64,000 nt of DNA from Candidatus Borrarchaeum weybense (GCA_019057385.1 JAHQJS010000006.1:517038-581037), one strand, 5' to 3'; positions 1 through 10,898 are shown, counted from the first letter of the stretch. The notes: generated by a model from the letters alone, not told the origin. Translations and numbers: made by a program.

Positions 1-3000
1 CAGTTGTTTTCTTGGTAGTTGTCGTTTCTTTATCTTTAGTTGATACGAAATTTTCGATTTTCTTTGTTGTCGTTTCTTTTGCTTTTCTTCCTTTTTTCTT
101 TTTTAGGGCGAGTTCTTCATCTTTTATCATTTCATCTATCATATCGTTGATAATTGGCTGAACAACAGTCATTATTTCAAGTTTTTCATCAATTATGTGT
201 TTAACAGTTTTTCTTATTTTTGTTATTGAAAATTCCTTCTTTATTGACTCCTTAGACACTTTTTCGAGTAGTAATCTGATATCTTCCTTTAGAATTGTCT
301 CGATTTTTGCCTTTTCGTTGCTTTTTTCAAACTTAGTTTTGATTTTCTGTTCATATTCTACACTCTTTGATGAGACGTCATCTACTAGGGTATCTTTTAC
401 ACTTGTATTGATATATTCTTTCTTAAGAGCAGATATTTTATTATAAACTGAATTTGGAAGTTTCTTTGCGATCGAATTTAAAATTTTCACATTTTTCTGC
501 TTAACTTGAATTAAAGAGTCATCGACAATTTCTACAACACTTTTTGCACAATCTTTCTGAGATATTTCTGCTACTTGTATGATTAGTTCATTCTTTATAC
601 GTTCTTCAGATTTTGTTGCGCATTCATTCAATTTTTCAGTTTCTATTTTGCCTTTCTTACTCTTTTTAATAGGAGTGATAAACTCGCTTTTAATCAATCT
701 TAATGAAGTAGATACAGCCTTTTGAATAGGCATATCAAACTTTTGAACAACTTCTTTTGTTAATTCTTCTTTTAACTTACCCAGTTTCAATTTATCTGTA
801 GTTATTTCAGTATTAATCATGTTCCTTATCACTTGATTGATGATTGAGTTTTCGTCTATCGAATTTTGCAGTTCTTCGATAAAATCAGCTCTACTTTTTT
901 CATTTATAATATTTTGAACATTTTCTTTGATTTGCACAATCAATGATTGTTCTAGATCCGCTACGATTTCTTTGCTGATGCCTCGCATGAATTTCTTTGT
1001 GAATTCTTTAGCAACCATTTTTGCAGCTTTTTCTTTTAAAGAACTAAGTATCTTATTTTGGAAGTGTTTTTTAACGAAATTGTTGATTTCAGCTCTAGCA
1101 GCATCTTTTAGCATTTTTGGAATGTCATTTTGCAGTTTTTCAGATATTGCAGTATCTTCAGATTTTATTTCCGCTTTGACACGATCCACTGAATTTTTAA
1201 TGGTTTCATCCTTGAGGAGTGTCAATTTTTCTATGAATGCCTCTTTGACTTCCTTTAAAATCGGTCTTTCAGTTTCTTTAAGAACATGCGATTTGAGATC
1301 GTTAAAAGACTTTTCTACGAATTTTTTACTGTTTTTAATCAGATTTTGTTTGAACTTTTCATTAACTTTCTCTACATAGATTTTAGAGGCATGAGTAATC
1401 TCCTCTTTAATAATCTCTCTTAGTATCTTTGTTGAAATCTGCCCCTTTCTTTCAACGCTAAGGGATGCATTTAATTTCCTTTCTATGTTGTTTAAAGATA
1501 TTCTTACACGTTCTAGTGAAATCTCTTTGGAATTTTGAAGAATATCAGGCTTAATTTCTGTAGCTATATTCGCAATTAGATTACCTTTGCCATTATTAAT
1601 GATTGTTTGAATAGTGTAGTTTACTATCTTATCGAGAATGTCTTCTACGTTGATATCTTCATCTAAAGTTTCTGGCAACTTTAGAATGAGACGAATCTGT
1701 TGAAGATCGATGTTTTGTTTAAGAGTGGTAAGTCTCTTTGTTGATAGTTGTGTAATTTGAGCCAGATCTTTATTCGGACATAAAAGAAACTCCTTGAGAT
1801 TGTTAATCTCTGCTTCCTTCAAAGGATCTATTAACTCAAGCGGTAATAGTAAATCAATTGGTGTTTCTGTAACTTCCTTAATGAGTTTTAAGTCTATTTG
1901 ACCTTTTAACTGTTGTATTTCCTCGTCAGTTTTCTTCAAGAGCGATGTTAAACGTTGGTTTGGCCAATAAATAAGCATTTTAATAGTTTTTATTCCATCT
2001 TTTTCTAGAGCTTTCCGATAATCCTTAGTCAGGTGAGGAACGATATGTATTGGGAGTGCCAAAATGTTCTTTGTTTCTTCAAGGACATTCCAGTCAATTT
2101 TTTCTTTGATAATAGCTTCTTCTTCAAGTGGAATCAATTCTTCATACGTTAGAACACCTAATCTGTTTATTCTTTTGATAATTGATTTTATTTCTTTTCT
2201 AGAGGCTGCCATTGTGGAAAGAGGAATGGCATGTTCTCTGATTTCTCGTATTTCTAACGGGTTCAAGAAGTCTTTTATTTGATCTATTTCTTGAATTGAA
2301 AGTTGTGTCAACTCTTGAATTGATAGTCCTGGTGTTTGAAGAAATTGTTTAATTGTAGTAATTTCTGCTTCGTGAAGCGATTCAATGACTTCTGGGAATG
2401 AAAATCTAAGTGCAGGAATGTAAGATAACGGGCAATTAAGTTTTTCCTCTATTATTGAGAAATTTAAATTGAGTTTTATAGAACTGATTGATTCTTTGCT
2501 AAAACCTGAAATTTCAGCTAAATCTTCAGCAGGCCAATAAAGGAAAGCTAATATGGATCTGACTCCCCGTTGAACTAAAGATGCAATTGTTTCTGATGAT
2601 TTTGAGTATAATTCGCCAATAAGTGAGACTGGAGAATTGAGCACAGCTTTAATATTTTGGAGAGTCTTCCATGTATCAGAAGGTAACTCATACATCTCTT
2701 GTGTAGCAATCACAACTTCCTCTAGGGTATCAATGTCTATTTCGCTGAGAATACGTCTAACAGAGGAATCTAGACGCGACAAAGAATCAATGGGAATGCC
2801 TTTTTTGATTCTTAGTTCCTTTTTAAACTGTATTATTCGTTCTGCATCTAAATTAGTCACTTGTGCTAGTTCCTCATTAGGCCAATAAAGAAATTGAAAG
2901 ATCGTAGAAATTCCTCTCTGAACCAATTTTCTTATTGCATGAACAGGAACATTTTCCATAATCATTACTGGAGATTCCAGTATTTCTTTAACCCTACTTA

Positions 3001-6000
3001 TTTTTTCCCAAGGAATGTGCGCCGTGAACTGTTCTTTAGTGAGAATGAAGCATTCATCAATTGTGAAAATTCCAGATTGTTCCAAGGCTTTTAGTTCCTT
3101 TTCATCAAATCCTATACTAAGAGGTATGGAAGTACCATACTTCATTTTTTCTTGCTGAATAGCTAAGGGATCTATCTGAATCTTTTTTCTCAACTGCACA
3201 ATCTCGTTGTCATTTACATTTGTTATTTCTTGTAAACTGCTTAATGGAGAAAGAATGAAGTGAATTATTGTCGTAATCCCATTTTTCAGTAATTTCTCTA
3301 CAATTTCAAGATGCTTTTTTAATGAAGGTAAAATTGTAATTGGAGCATTCAAAGTTTCTCTTATTTTGGAAATTAAATCAAGATCTGCACTATGATGTTC
3401 AAGCGTTTCATGTGGAGTGAAATATGCTTCTTCAATTGTATTAATACCCATTTTTTCGAGTTTCTTGAGGGTATTTGAATCTAGATCCAAAAAATTCAGG
3501 GGAGTTCCTTTTTGCTTATTTGAAAGAATTTCTTGCATATCTATTGAATCTTTTAGCGAATCTATTTCTTTTGAACTAATACCTAATTGTTCTAGTTCAT
3601 TTTTTGGCCAAATTAAAAAGTCAATGACCGAATTTATTCCAAATTGAGAAAGTAGAATCTTAGTATGAGGAATCACCCCTGGAAGTGTACCGATATGGGC
3701 GTCTAGGACATCATATATAGGCTTAATTTCTTTCCTTTTCGGATCATTAAGTACTTTAAGTAGCCTTGTTTTTGAGAAATAGAGATCTTCAATTGAAAAT
3801 ATATTGTGTGATCTAAATTCCTGCATTATTTCTTCACTAAAAAGCGCATCTTCAGATATTAAACTTTCAAAAGGCGTCCCGATATTCTTTTTTATTCGTT
3901 TAATCTTTGTAATTGTAAGTCCGTTTATTTTAGATAATTTCTGTACATCTGTAATAAGGAAATCATAGATAGTTCTAATACCTTCTTCTTCAAGGGCATT
4001 CTTGACATGAGGTTCTATCCACATCATTTCTGAGAGCGACTTTGGATGGGTACTATTAAGTTCCTGTACTACCTTTTCTTTAATGTATTGAATAATATTT
4101 GGAATTAAATCTTTGTCTCTTGCGAGATGGGAGTTTGGGTAAAGTAAAAAGTCAAGCTGTGTTAAGATTTTCCGTTTTGTAAACTTCTTATTGATACTTG
4201 ATGTATACCATTTAAATTGGCTAAGTTGTGGCATCCTTTCTTGAGAAATTTGAGCGATTAAATGTTTTTTAAAACTGTCAATGATTTTTAAAGCTATTCG
4301 ATCGATACTTTCGAGTTCATGGGTTGAGAATATGAGAAATTCAGAAACTGTACTAATCCCCATCTCTCTAAGTGAGTTTTCTATATAGTTATCCATCCAC
4401 TCAATTTCATGTATATCTATTTGATGGTCTTGGAAGATTTCCATTATCTTCTTTTTTTCGTTTTCAATCAAAATATGAATCAATTCAGTAACGAATGATA
4501 AATGTGAACTTGGTGTAATGATTAAATCAAGAATCGTGTGAATCTCCTGGCTTTTAAGCTTATTAAATAATTCTTGATCGATCCATGTGATCTCAGAAAG
4601 AGAAAATGAATAGTTCTTGTTTAGATTCTTAATGACATCCTGTTTTATGAAATTAATAAGTCTGATGTTTATTCCCGGAATTGAGGCAATAGTTTGATTT
4701 GGTGTCACTATAAAATCATAGATTGTCCTCATCCATTTCTTATTAAGATATACTTCAATTTCAGAGTCTACCCACTCTAACTGTGCGATACCAGGCGCAT
4801 CTGGGCTTTGTGAGAATATCTTTAGGTTATCACGTTTTACTTGTTCAACGCGATGTGGTGTAAATTTTTCTATTATCGTCAGTTCTTCAGTGGGTGTAGC
4901 TAAGAATTCAAATGCTGATTTGATTCCTATTTTTGATAATTCTTTTTTAATACCGGGATCAAGCCAGTAACCAACATGCGATATGGGTGAAGAGACTGGA
5001 TGTTTTCGTTCAATAATAAGTGGATACCCTGTCATTAACGCCTTTTCAATTTTCTTAGCTTCACTTGACAAATCAACAGGAAGAGTGGTCGGATCCTCTT
5101 GAGTGATTGCAAATAGATTTTGAAGAGTTATACTTGCCCATTTTTCAAATTGAGATGATCTTTTTCTCTCTCGGCGAGCACGCTCAATTCTTGAAAGAAA
5201 GATCCTTACTTGTCTTCCGAGGGCCTGAAGTGCCTTGGTGATTTCATCCCTAATTTCATCTACATCAGCAATATATTCTTTTGAAGTCTCAGGAAATGGA
5301 ATCTTAGTAGAAACAAGCGATACTGCAATGGCCAGAGGATTGTTATCAATATTTATTTTGTACGTTTTCCACTCGACTTCTTTATGAACTACTTTGGAAA
5401 TTACGTCATTCCCTGCACCAAAAAGTAATGGAATTCGATTTGCATATCGATAAATCGTCACACCACTCTTGAGATTGCCTCCGTAAGCAAGGGCAGCTTC
5501 AACAATAAAGGGATGTCCTGCATATGCTGATGCTGGCCGAGTAACTGCAGCAACGAATTCAGGATTGACTCTTTCCTTAAGTCCCTTTTCCAGATTTTCT
5601 GCTGTAAGTGGTGAGAGAGCTACCCCTTCAGGGCTTAAGAAAGTAAATTTTCTTTCAGTTTTTTCTTTTTCTTTTTTAATCTTTTTTTCATCAGGCTTTG
5701 ACTGCAAAAATCCGTCATGAATTATCCTTCGGATCTCTTCACTTGTTAGGTCTCTTGGGTTTTTATTAGGATCGACATTAACTAGTGAAAGAAATTGTTC
5801 TGCCTTTTTTTTACTAACACGTTGGAAATGACGCATCAAAAATTCAATCATATTAGTTGTACCTGTAATATGCGTCGCTGCAATTTCACGTTTTAGTTGA
5901 GTTATATCACATCCCCATGGATGTATCTTTGTGAGTTTTGGATAGGGCGGCATTTCATCAATAACACATTCATAAACGATTGGCTCTTCCTGATCTGGAG

Positions 6001-6766
6001 TTTGAATTTCAAAGCCAGCATAGGGGGTAATAATTGCCAATTCATGAAAATATTCTAGAACCCATTTTTTAGCAAGACGCCAGGAGCCAGTAAACGTGAC
6101 CGTTACTTCAGTTCCTGGTTCACTTAATGCTTCAGGATCTGTTACATCAAGCTTATTTCCTGTGCCTCCTACGATAATTGGTTCATTTTTAGCAAGGTCT
6201 ATCAGGATCTTGAATTTTGAGGTAAATTTTTGAGAAAAATGCCTGCTTTTTACTCTTATGGGAAGATCAACGGTTGCCATGGCATTTAATAAAACCATCT
6301 TTACGCCTAGTCCAAACCTACCCCTTGCCTGTCTTGCACCATAATTAGACCCAGTCAAGACTCGACCAAATAAAGTGGGTATATCGTTAAAAGGCACGCC
6401 AATACCATTGTCTTTTACTGTAAGTTCTAAAAAGTCGAGATGACTCTCAAGGCCCCGAAGTTTGTCTACTTTCAGCAATTCTGCTACTTGATGGCTCTCA
6501 AGAATTTTTAAATTAACGTAAATATTGGGTCGTCTTTTAGCCCATGTTACTAGTTCCTCAGGGATTGCTTTTTCCTGTTTTTTTAATGTTTCGAGCTCTT
6601 TCTCAGCCCGTGCAACTGCTTTTTCAGCAGCATCCAGACCATTTTCAACGAGCTCACGGACTGAAGTAAAAACGCACTTCATGCTGTTGTCGAAACCGGC
6701 GATTGCTTTGTTATCATGGAAGAAATCTGCCGCACTTCTTATTTGAACTTCATCTAATAAGGCCAT
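1..6766 (-). CDS. top6B: Giant DNA topoisomerase VI subunit B paralogue (>2255 aa, runs off the window start): GHKL ATPase and transducer, about 18 tandem HhH/alphaCTD-like repeats, then a long helical tail
   Basis: Absent from the ORF track, consistent with no stop inside the window. ATG at 6766 follows AGAGGA. It reads MALLDEVQIRSAADFFHDNKAIAGFDN..SVRELVENGLDA..VKDNGIGV..TGSNYGARQARGRFGLGVK..YRYANRIPLL..PFPETSKEYIAD. The frame was open in every segment I translated and is still open at position 2. Confidence 0.88.
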   Translation of the reverse strand, partial: MALLDEVQIRSAADFFHDNKAIAGFDNSMKCVFTSVRELVENGLDAAEKAVARAEKELETLKKQEKAIPEELVTWAKRRPNIYVNLKILESHQVAELLKVDKLRGLESHLDFLELTVKDNGIGVPFNDIPTLFGRVLTGSNYGARQARGRFGLGVKMVLLNAMATVDLPIRVKSRHFSQKFTSKFKILIDLAKNEPIIVGGTGNKLDVTDPEALSEPGTEVTVTFTGSWRLAKKWVLEYFHELAIITPYAGFEIQTPDQEEPIVYECVIDEMPPYPKLTKIHPWGCDITQLKREIAATHITGTTNMIEFLMRHFQRVSKKKAEQFLSLVNVDPNKNPRDLTSEEIRRIIHDGFLQSKPDEKKIKKEKEKTERKFTFLSPEGVALSPLTAENLEKGLKERVNPEFVAAVTRPASAYAGHPFIVEAALAYGGNLKSGVTIYRYANRIPLLFGAGNDVISKVVHKEVEWKTYKINIDNNPLAIAVSLVSTKIPFPETSKEYIADVDEIRDEITKALQALGRQVRIFLSRIERARRERKRSSQFEKWASITLQNLFAITQEDPTTLPVDLSSEAKKIEKALMTGYPLIIERKHPVSSPISHVGYWLDPGIKKELSKIGIKSAFEFLATPTEELTIIEKFTPHRVEQVKRDNLKIFSQSPDAPGIAQLEWVDSEIEVYLNKKWMRTIYDFIVTPNQTIASIPGINIRLINFIKQDVIKNLNKNYSFSLSEITWIDQELFNKLKSQEIHTILDLIITPSSHLSFVTELIHILIENEKKKIMEIFQDHQIDIHEIEWMDNYIENSLREMGISTVSEFLIFSTHELESIDRIALKIIDSFKKHLIAQISQERMPQLSQFKWYTSSINKKFTKRKILTQLDFLLYPNSHLARDKDLIPNIIQYIKEKVVQELNSTHPKSLSEMMWIEPHVKNALEEEGIRTIYDFLITDVQKLSKINGLTITKIKRIKKNIGTPFESLISEDALFSEEIMQEFRSHNIFSIEDLYFSKTRLLKVLNDPKRKEIKPIYDVLDAHIGTLPGVIPHTKILLSQFGINSVIDFLIWPKNELEQLGISSKEIDSLKDSIDMQEILSNKQKGTPLNFLDLDSNTLKKLEKMGINTIEEAYFTPHETLEHHSADLDLISKIRETLNAPITILPSLKKHLEIVEKLLKNGITTIIHFILSPLSSLQEITNVNDNEIVQLRKKIQIDPLAIQQEKMKYGTSIPLSIGFDEKELKALEQSGIFTIDECFILTKEQFTAHIPWEKISRVKEILESPVMIMENVPVHAIRKLVQRGISTIFQFLYWPNEELAQVTNLDAERIIQFKKELRIKKGIPIDSLSRLDSSVRRILSEIDIDTLEEVVIATQEMYELPSDTWKTLQNIKAVLNSPVSLIGELYSKSSETIASLVQRGVRSILAFLYWPAEDLAEISGFSKESISSIKLNLNFSIIEEKLNCPLSYIPALRFSFPEVIESLHEAEITTIKQFLQTPGLSIQELTQLSIQEIDQIKDFLNPLEIREIREHAIPLSTMAASRKEIKSIIKRINRLGVLTYEELIPLEEEAIIKEKIDWNVLEETKNILALPIHIVPHLTKDYRKALEKDGIKTIKMLIYWPNQRLTSLLKKTDEEIQQLKGQIDLKLIKEVTETPIDLLLPLELIDPLKEAEINNLKEFLLCPNKDLAQITQLSTKRLTTLKQNIDLQQIRLILKLPETLDEDINVEDILDKIVNYTIQTIINNGKGNLIANIATEIKPDILQNSKEISLERVRISLNNIERKLNASLSVERKGQISTKILREIIKEEITHASKIYVEKVNEKFKQNLIKNSKKFVEKSFNDLKSHVLKETERPILKEVKEAFIEKLTLLKDETIKNSVDRVKAEIKSEDTAISEKLQNDIPKMLKDAARAEINNFVKKHFQNKILSSLKEKAAKMVAKEFTKKFMRGISKEIVADLEQSLIVQIKENVQNIINEKSRADFIEELQNSIDENSIINQVIRNMINTEITTDKLKLGKLKEELTKEVVQKFDMPIQKAVSTSLRLIKSEFITPIKKSKKGKIETEKLNECATKSEERIKNELIIQVAEISQKDCAKSVVEIVDDSLIQVKQKNVKILNSIAKKLPNSVYNKISALKKEYINTSVKDTLVDDVSSKSVEYEQKIKTKFEKSNEKAKIETILKEDIRLLLEKVSKESIKKEFSITKIRKTVKHIIDEKLEIMTVVQPIINDMIDEMIKDEELALKKKKGRKAKETTTKKIENFVSTKDKETTTTKKTT
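1700..4995 (-). repeat. About 18 tandem 55-60 aa protein repeats inside the giant Top6B (HhH-type, RNAP alphaCTD / RadA-Rad51 N-domain-like)
   Basis: Recurring pattern P(I/L)..l...d....k.L...GI.TI..FL..P..eL..i....i..iK, e.g. KKELSKIGIKSAFEFLATP, KNALEEEGIRTIYDFLITD, KKLEKMGINTIEEAYFTP, RKLVQRGISTIFQFLYWP, RKALEKDGIKTIKMLIYWP. Boundaries are approximate. Confidence 0.8.
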
Positions 6767-6791
6767 TGTATTTCCTCTTTAATTAACACGT

Positions 6792-9698
6792 TTAATCAAT
6801 TTCTTCCTTATTATTATCAACTTTTTTCCTTTTTGCTCGTTCTCTTAAACGTTTGATTCGAAAAGCGAAATCTCTGAATTCTTTTTCTCCTTCAAGAATC
6901 TTATGCATGGTCGAAAACTCTTTTCCACGAGAAATCGAAAGAAGTACTTTAGCTATTTCTTTTTCTCCAATTTTTAAAAGAGCAATTTTCGCATTTTCAG
7001 CGATTTCTTTGGGTTCGTTAAGAGCATGTAAAAGAGGTATTATTGATTTAGGTGTCATTTCAGACAATAAGGTTATAAGAATACGTTTTAAATTCGTTGA
7101 ATCCCCTTCAAATGCATTAATTAATGAAGGTATACTGTCTTCACCCATTTTATAGAGAATTTTCATCATATTTTCTTTTATTTCTTTGCTTTTCTCTTGC
7201 TCTAGAGAGGAGATAAGTGGCTGTATAGCATCATCACCTATATTATACAGAATGCGCATTGCATTTAGTTTGATGGTTTCATTTTTATTTCCAAGCGCTT
7301 TGATTAAAGGTCCACTTGCATTTGAATCAAAAGAAGTCAATATTTTCATGACATTTTCAATAAATTTTTTATCTGGATGGTCTAATGACTTGATCAAAGG
7401 TCTAATTGCAGGTGTGCCAATCTGCGATAAGATGTCCTTAATATGCTCAAATAGGGTCTCATCACTTTCTTCTAGTTGTTCTATAAGTGGTTTGATCGTG
7501 TCTTTGCCCAGTTTCACTAAGGTCATTTTGACATTTTTTGCGGAATCAGTATCTTCCACTTCTTTAAGCGTCTCAATAAGAGGAATGATTGTGGGATTAC
7601 CAATTTTATCTAACGCATAAGATGACCAAAGTGCAATATTTTCGTCTGAATCCTTCACACCTTCAAGTAAAGCATCTATAGTATCCTGATCACATTTCTT
7701 TCCCAGTCCTATGACACTCATCCAACGAACATGTTTTTCGTAAGATGGATTTTTTATTCTATCCGCAAAGAAATTCAGGACTTTTTCGTTAATATGATTT
7801 CTTAAGCTCCATGCAGTTATCCAACGAATACGAGGGTTTATATCTTCTGCCATATTGAGTAGATATTGGGTTATTTTTGCATCTTCAAATTTACCTAGAA
7901 GTAAAATCAAATTTTCTCGCAGGTAGTTTAGTTCGGGAAATACATCATTAAGGAATAAAAAGAATTCTTCTTCTTCTTGAATATTAAAAATATCCATTAG
8001 TTTGTAAATTAATTGCTCATAAGTTAATTTACCCATTTCATATTGCTGACATGATTCCTCTAAAGTATCAAATAATTCAAACTCAGGGTACCTCTCCATA
8101 ATCAGTTGCTTTTTTGAATCTGTAAGTGTAATTCTTGGCTTAGGCGGGTCTTGAAGTATTTTAATTAACTTTTCAATAATCACATCCTTATCTAAAAACA
8201 TACCATCAAAATGATAAATGACGTCTTCCTCAGGTAAGTTAAGTACAGTTCCAATCTCTTTAAGTAGCCCCTCGCTTGAGATGCTTCCTGTTTTGTATTG
8301 TTTGAGAATATCTTCAATCGATGGAAATTGCTTGAACTCAGGGAAAATCTTTAAGATAATTTCTTTTTTTTCTTCGACTGAACGGAATTTATCTATTCTT
8401 AATCGAGACACAACGTCTCTCGCATCAGCTCGTATCTGCCATGAGGGCGAATCTAAAAGGCCAATAAGTGGATCTAAAACAATTGGCTCACCGATTTCTC
8501 CCAAAGCTTTGATAGCGCATCTTTGAACATCTATATCATCACTATAATGAAGAAATGGAAGTAATGTATTAATTGATTGACTTACAATCTGAGCATTAAC
8601 TTTAGCGTCCGTTTTTATTTCTGATGGGGCTTCTAGATCATTTAAAAAGACTTGCGTATCCTTTGAAGAACTTATTTCTCCTAATAAGTTAATAGATTCT
8701 ATAAGCTTATCGCTTTTCATTGAAGTCTTTTCACTCTTTTGCAGACTCTCGACCAATGGTTTAATGCCAATTTGACCCATTTGTCGAATGATGTTTTTTG
8801 CGAGAGTTGAAACATCCTTATCCTTATCTTTGACAACATTTAGTAAAAGGGGTGTACTGGCTTCACCTATATGAAGAAGGAGTTTCTCTACATTCCGCCT
8901 GATTATCGGATCAGGTTCTTTCAATCCTTTGATAAGTGTTTTAACACCAGTCTCTCCTATTTCTAGTATAATCTTCTCAATTTCTTCCGCGGTTACATTA
9001 GAAAGACTAGGTTCTTTCAGGACATTCATTAAAGGGCGTACTACCGGTTCTCCGATGTTGATTAAAATTTCTCTAACATCTTGCTTTGTTTTTTGTTTTG
9101 CTATTAGTAGGAGTTCTAATAAAGGATCTACTGCTGGTTTGCCAATTAGAGTCAAGATTTCTTTCGAAGTGTTTCTGATTTCCACACTAGGGTCATCTAA
9201 TGCTTGTATTAGTGATGTGACCCCTGGTTTGCCAATTTGGGTCAAGATTTCTTTAGAAATATTCCTGATTTCTACATTTGGATCTTCTAATGCTCGTATT
9301 AATGAAGGAACTGAAGTCTTTCCTAATTGAATCAAAATGCTTTTTGAAGAATTCCTAATTTCTTCGCTTGGATCATCTAATGCATGTATAAGAGGAATAA
9401 CTGAAGGTTTTCCTATTTCCAATAAAATATCTACAACATTAACATAGATTTGATCATGTGATGTGTTCAAGACTTGAATATAAGTATCAACTGCAAATTG
9501 CCCACGTCTTATGAGGAGTTTTTTAATCCGTGTCACAATTTTTTCATCTTTGTTTTTTAACTCATCAATGAGCCGTTCAATAGTTGAGATATCTTCTTCT
9601 AAGAGTTTCTGTTCAATATCATTAAATGACAAAGCCTTAGGAGATGATTGTTTTTTTTCCGACTTCATTTCATCATTTGACAATTTAAAATCACACAA
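6792..9698 (-). CDS. Large HEAT/PBS-lyase-type repeat protein (968 aa)
   Basis: Many 31-aa repeats such as LIxALxDPxxEIRNxSKxILxxIGK. Sits between top6A and the giant top6B on the same strand. Confidence 0.9.
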   Translation of the reverse strand: MCDFKLSNDEMKSEKKQSSPKALSFNDIEQKLLEEDISTIERLIDELKNKDEKIVTRIKKLLIRRGQFAVDTYIQVLNTSHDQIYVNVVDILLEIGKPSVIPLIHALDDPSEEIRNSSKSILIQLGKTSVPSLIRALEDPNVEIRNISKEILTQIGKPGVTSLIQALDDPSVEIRNTSKEILTLIGKPAVDPLLELLLIAKQKTKQDVREILINIGEPVVRPLMNVLKEPSLSNVTAEEIEKIILEIGETGVKTLIKGLKEPDPIIRRNVEKLLLHIGEASTPLLLNVVKDKDKDVSTLAKNIIRQMGQIGIKPLVESLQKSEKTSMKSDKLIESINLLGEISSSKDTQVFLNDLEAPSEIKTDAKVNAQIVSQSINTLLPFLHYSDDIDVQRCAIKALGEIGEPIVLDPLIGLLDSPSWQIRADARDVVSRLRIDKFRSVEEKKEIILKIFPEFKQFPSIEDILKQYKTGSISSEGLLKEIGTVLNLPEEDVIYHFDGMFLDKDVIIEKLIKILQDPPKPRITLTDSKKQLIMERYPEFELFDTLEESCQQYEMGKLTYEQLIYKLMDIFNIQEEEEFFLFLNDVFPELNYLRENLILLLGKFEDAKITQYLLNMAEDINPRIRWITAWSLRNHINEKVLNFFADRIKNPSYEKHVRWMSVIGLGKKCDQDTIDALLEGVKDSDENIALWSSYALDKIGNPTIIPLIETLKEVEDTDSAKNVKMTLVKLGKDTIKPLIEQLEESDETLFEHIKDILSQIGTPAIRPLIKSLDHPDKKFIENVMKILTSFDSNASGPLIKALGNKNETIKLNAMRILYNIGDDAIQPLISSLEQEKSKEIKENMMKILYKMGEDSIPSLINAFEGDSTNLKRILITLLSEMTPKSIIPLLHALNEPKEIAENAKIALLKIGEKEIAKVLLSISRGKEFSTMHKILEGEKEFRDFAFRIKRLRERAKRKKVDNNKEEID

Positions 9699-9734
9699 AT
9701 CTTTTTTTGTTTAATTTAATTAGAGTAACGCATT

Positions 9735-10898
9735 TTATATCCAATCTGCACTTTCAAGTTTTTGAGGTAGATATTGTTCAGTCATATATTCGAAACCTTT
9801 TGAGGCGAGAGCTTGAATTTCGGCTTTCACACCACTTTTCAACATTGTTTTCAGTTGTTCTGACCATTTTGGTTTATTTTGTAGCCAGGTTTCTTCCAAA
9901 AGTTCTTTTCCTTTTTTCTTGTCAGCGTCCGTTAGAGGAATATAAACCTCTTTCGGTATTTTGTAATTTTCCATATCCTCTGGACGTAAACCTAGCCAGT
10001 ACATATTTTCTGTGACAAGCCAAGGGGTTTCATAACCCAATGCTTTACTCCCAAAGGTATAACTGCGTAAAATCTCAAGTCCGTAAGGATCTGCATCCAT
10101 AATAGCAAATACAGGAATTCCTGTTTCATTTACGATCTTTCGAAGCATCATTCGTGTAGCAATGTCTGGTTGCCCAATGCCAGTTATGAGTATGCATGGA
10201 TATCTCTCATAGATTTTTGCTTCTGAAAGACTCATAAAGGCCGCGTCTTTCTCTACGAGAAGCACAAATTCAGCATCAGTATCGATATTTTCTATTTGAT
10301 CCTGAAATGGTGTGATAGCTTTTCCGCCTGTTCCCATTTTAGAACAATCGATAAGATCACCACTTTCAACAAAACTAATTCTACCAATAATTTTCCCTTT
10401 GGCAGATGCAACAATATTAGTAGCATTTCTAATAGTTCTCAAGGTGACTGCAAGATCTTCTATCGCACGATCGCTGACAGTTTGATCTTCGAAAAGATTT
10501 ACATCGGTATAAAAGAGTTCACGTTTAGTAGAATGACGTCCTAAAGTGAGAAGTTCATGAATTCCATCAGCTACACGAATCAAAACAGCTAATTGCCTAA
10601 CACTTGCTGGTGTTAGCGATCGAGTTACCATATTATGACCAAGAAAAATATGTCCTGTCTCTTCATCAACAATTGTATTCTGTGCACTTCTAATTGGGAC
10701 TGATACACGAGGTTTTTCATCAAAGTCAAGTAAACTTAATAGATTTAATGCAATATCCTCGATACTCTGTTTTGTTTCTTCTAGTGAAAGTTCTTGGATT
10801 TTCAATGCATCTTTTGGTGCCTTTATCATTTCTTTTTCTACTTGTTTTAATTGCTTTATTCCTTCAATTAACTTCAAGTTTTCATCTGAATGGCTCAT
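9735..10898 (-). CDS. top6A: DNA topoisomerase VI subunit A (Spo11 family)
   Basis: STKRELFY (catalytic Tyr), TOPRIM motifs VEKDAAF and DADPYG, KAEIQAL. Overlaps top6B by 4 nt. Confidence 0.96.
   Translation of the reverse strand: MSHSDENLKLIEGIKQLKQVEKEMIKAPKDALKIQELSLEETKQSIEDIALNLLSLLDFDEKPRVSVPIRSAQNTIVDEETGHIFLGHNMVTRSLTPASVRQLAVLIRVADGIHELLTLGRHSTKRELFYTDVNLFEDQTVSDRAIEDLAVTLRTIRNATNIVASAKGKIIGRISFVESGDLIDCSKMGTGGKAITPFQDQIENIDTDAEFVLLVEKDAAFMSLSEAKIYERYPCILITGIGQPDIATRMMLRKIVNETGIPVFAIMDADPYGLEILRSYTFGSKALGYETPWLVTENMYWLGLRPEDMENYKIPKEVYIPLTDADKKKGKELLEETWLQNKPKWSEQLKTMLKSGVKAEIQALASKGFEYMTEQYLPQKLESADWI

Noticed and set aside
195-6746. Short + strand ORFs in the track (195-446, 927-1379, 2064-2282 and others)
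   Set aside because: They are Ser/Phe/Ile-rich antisense shadows of the giant minus-strand Top6B frame. The same applies to most short ORFs opposite long genes in this window.
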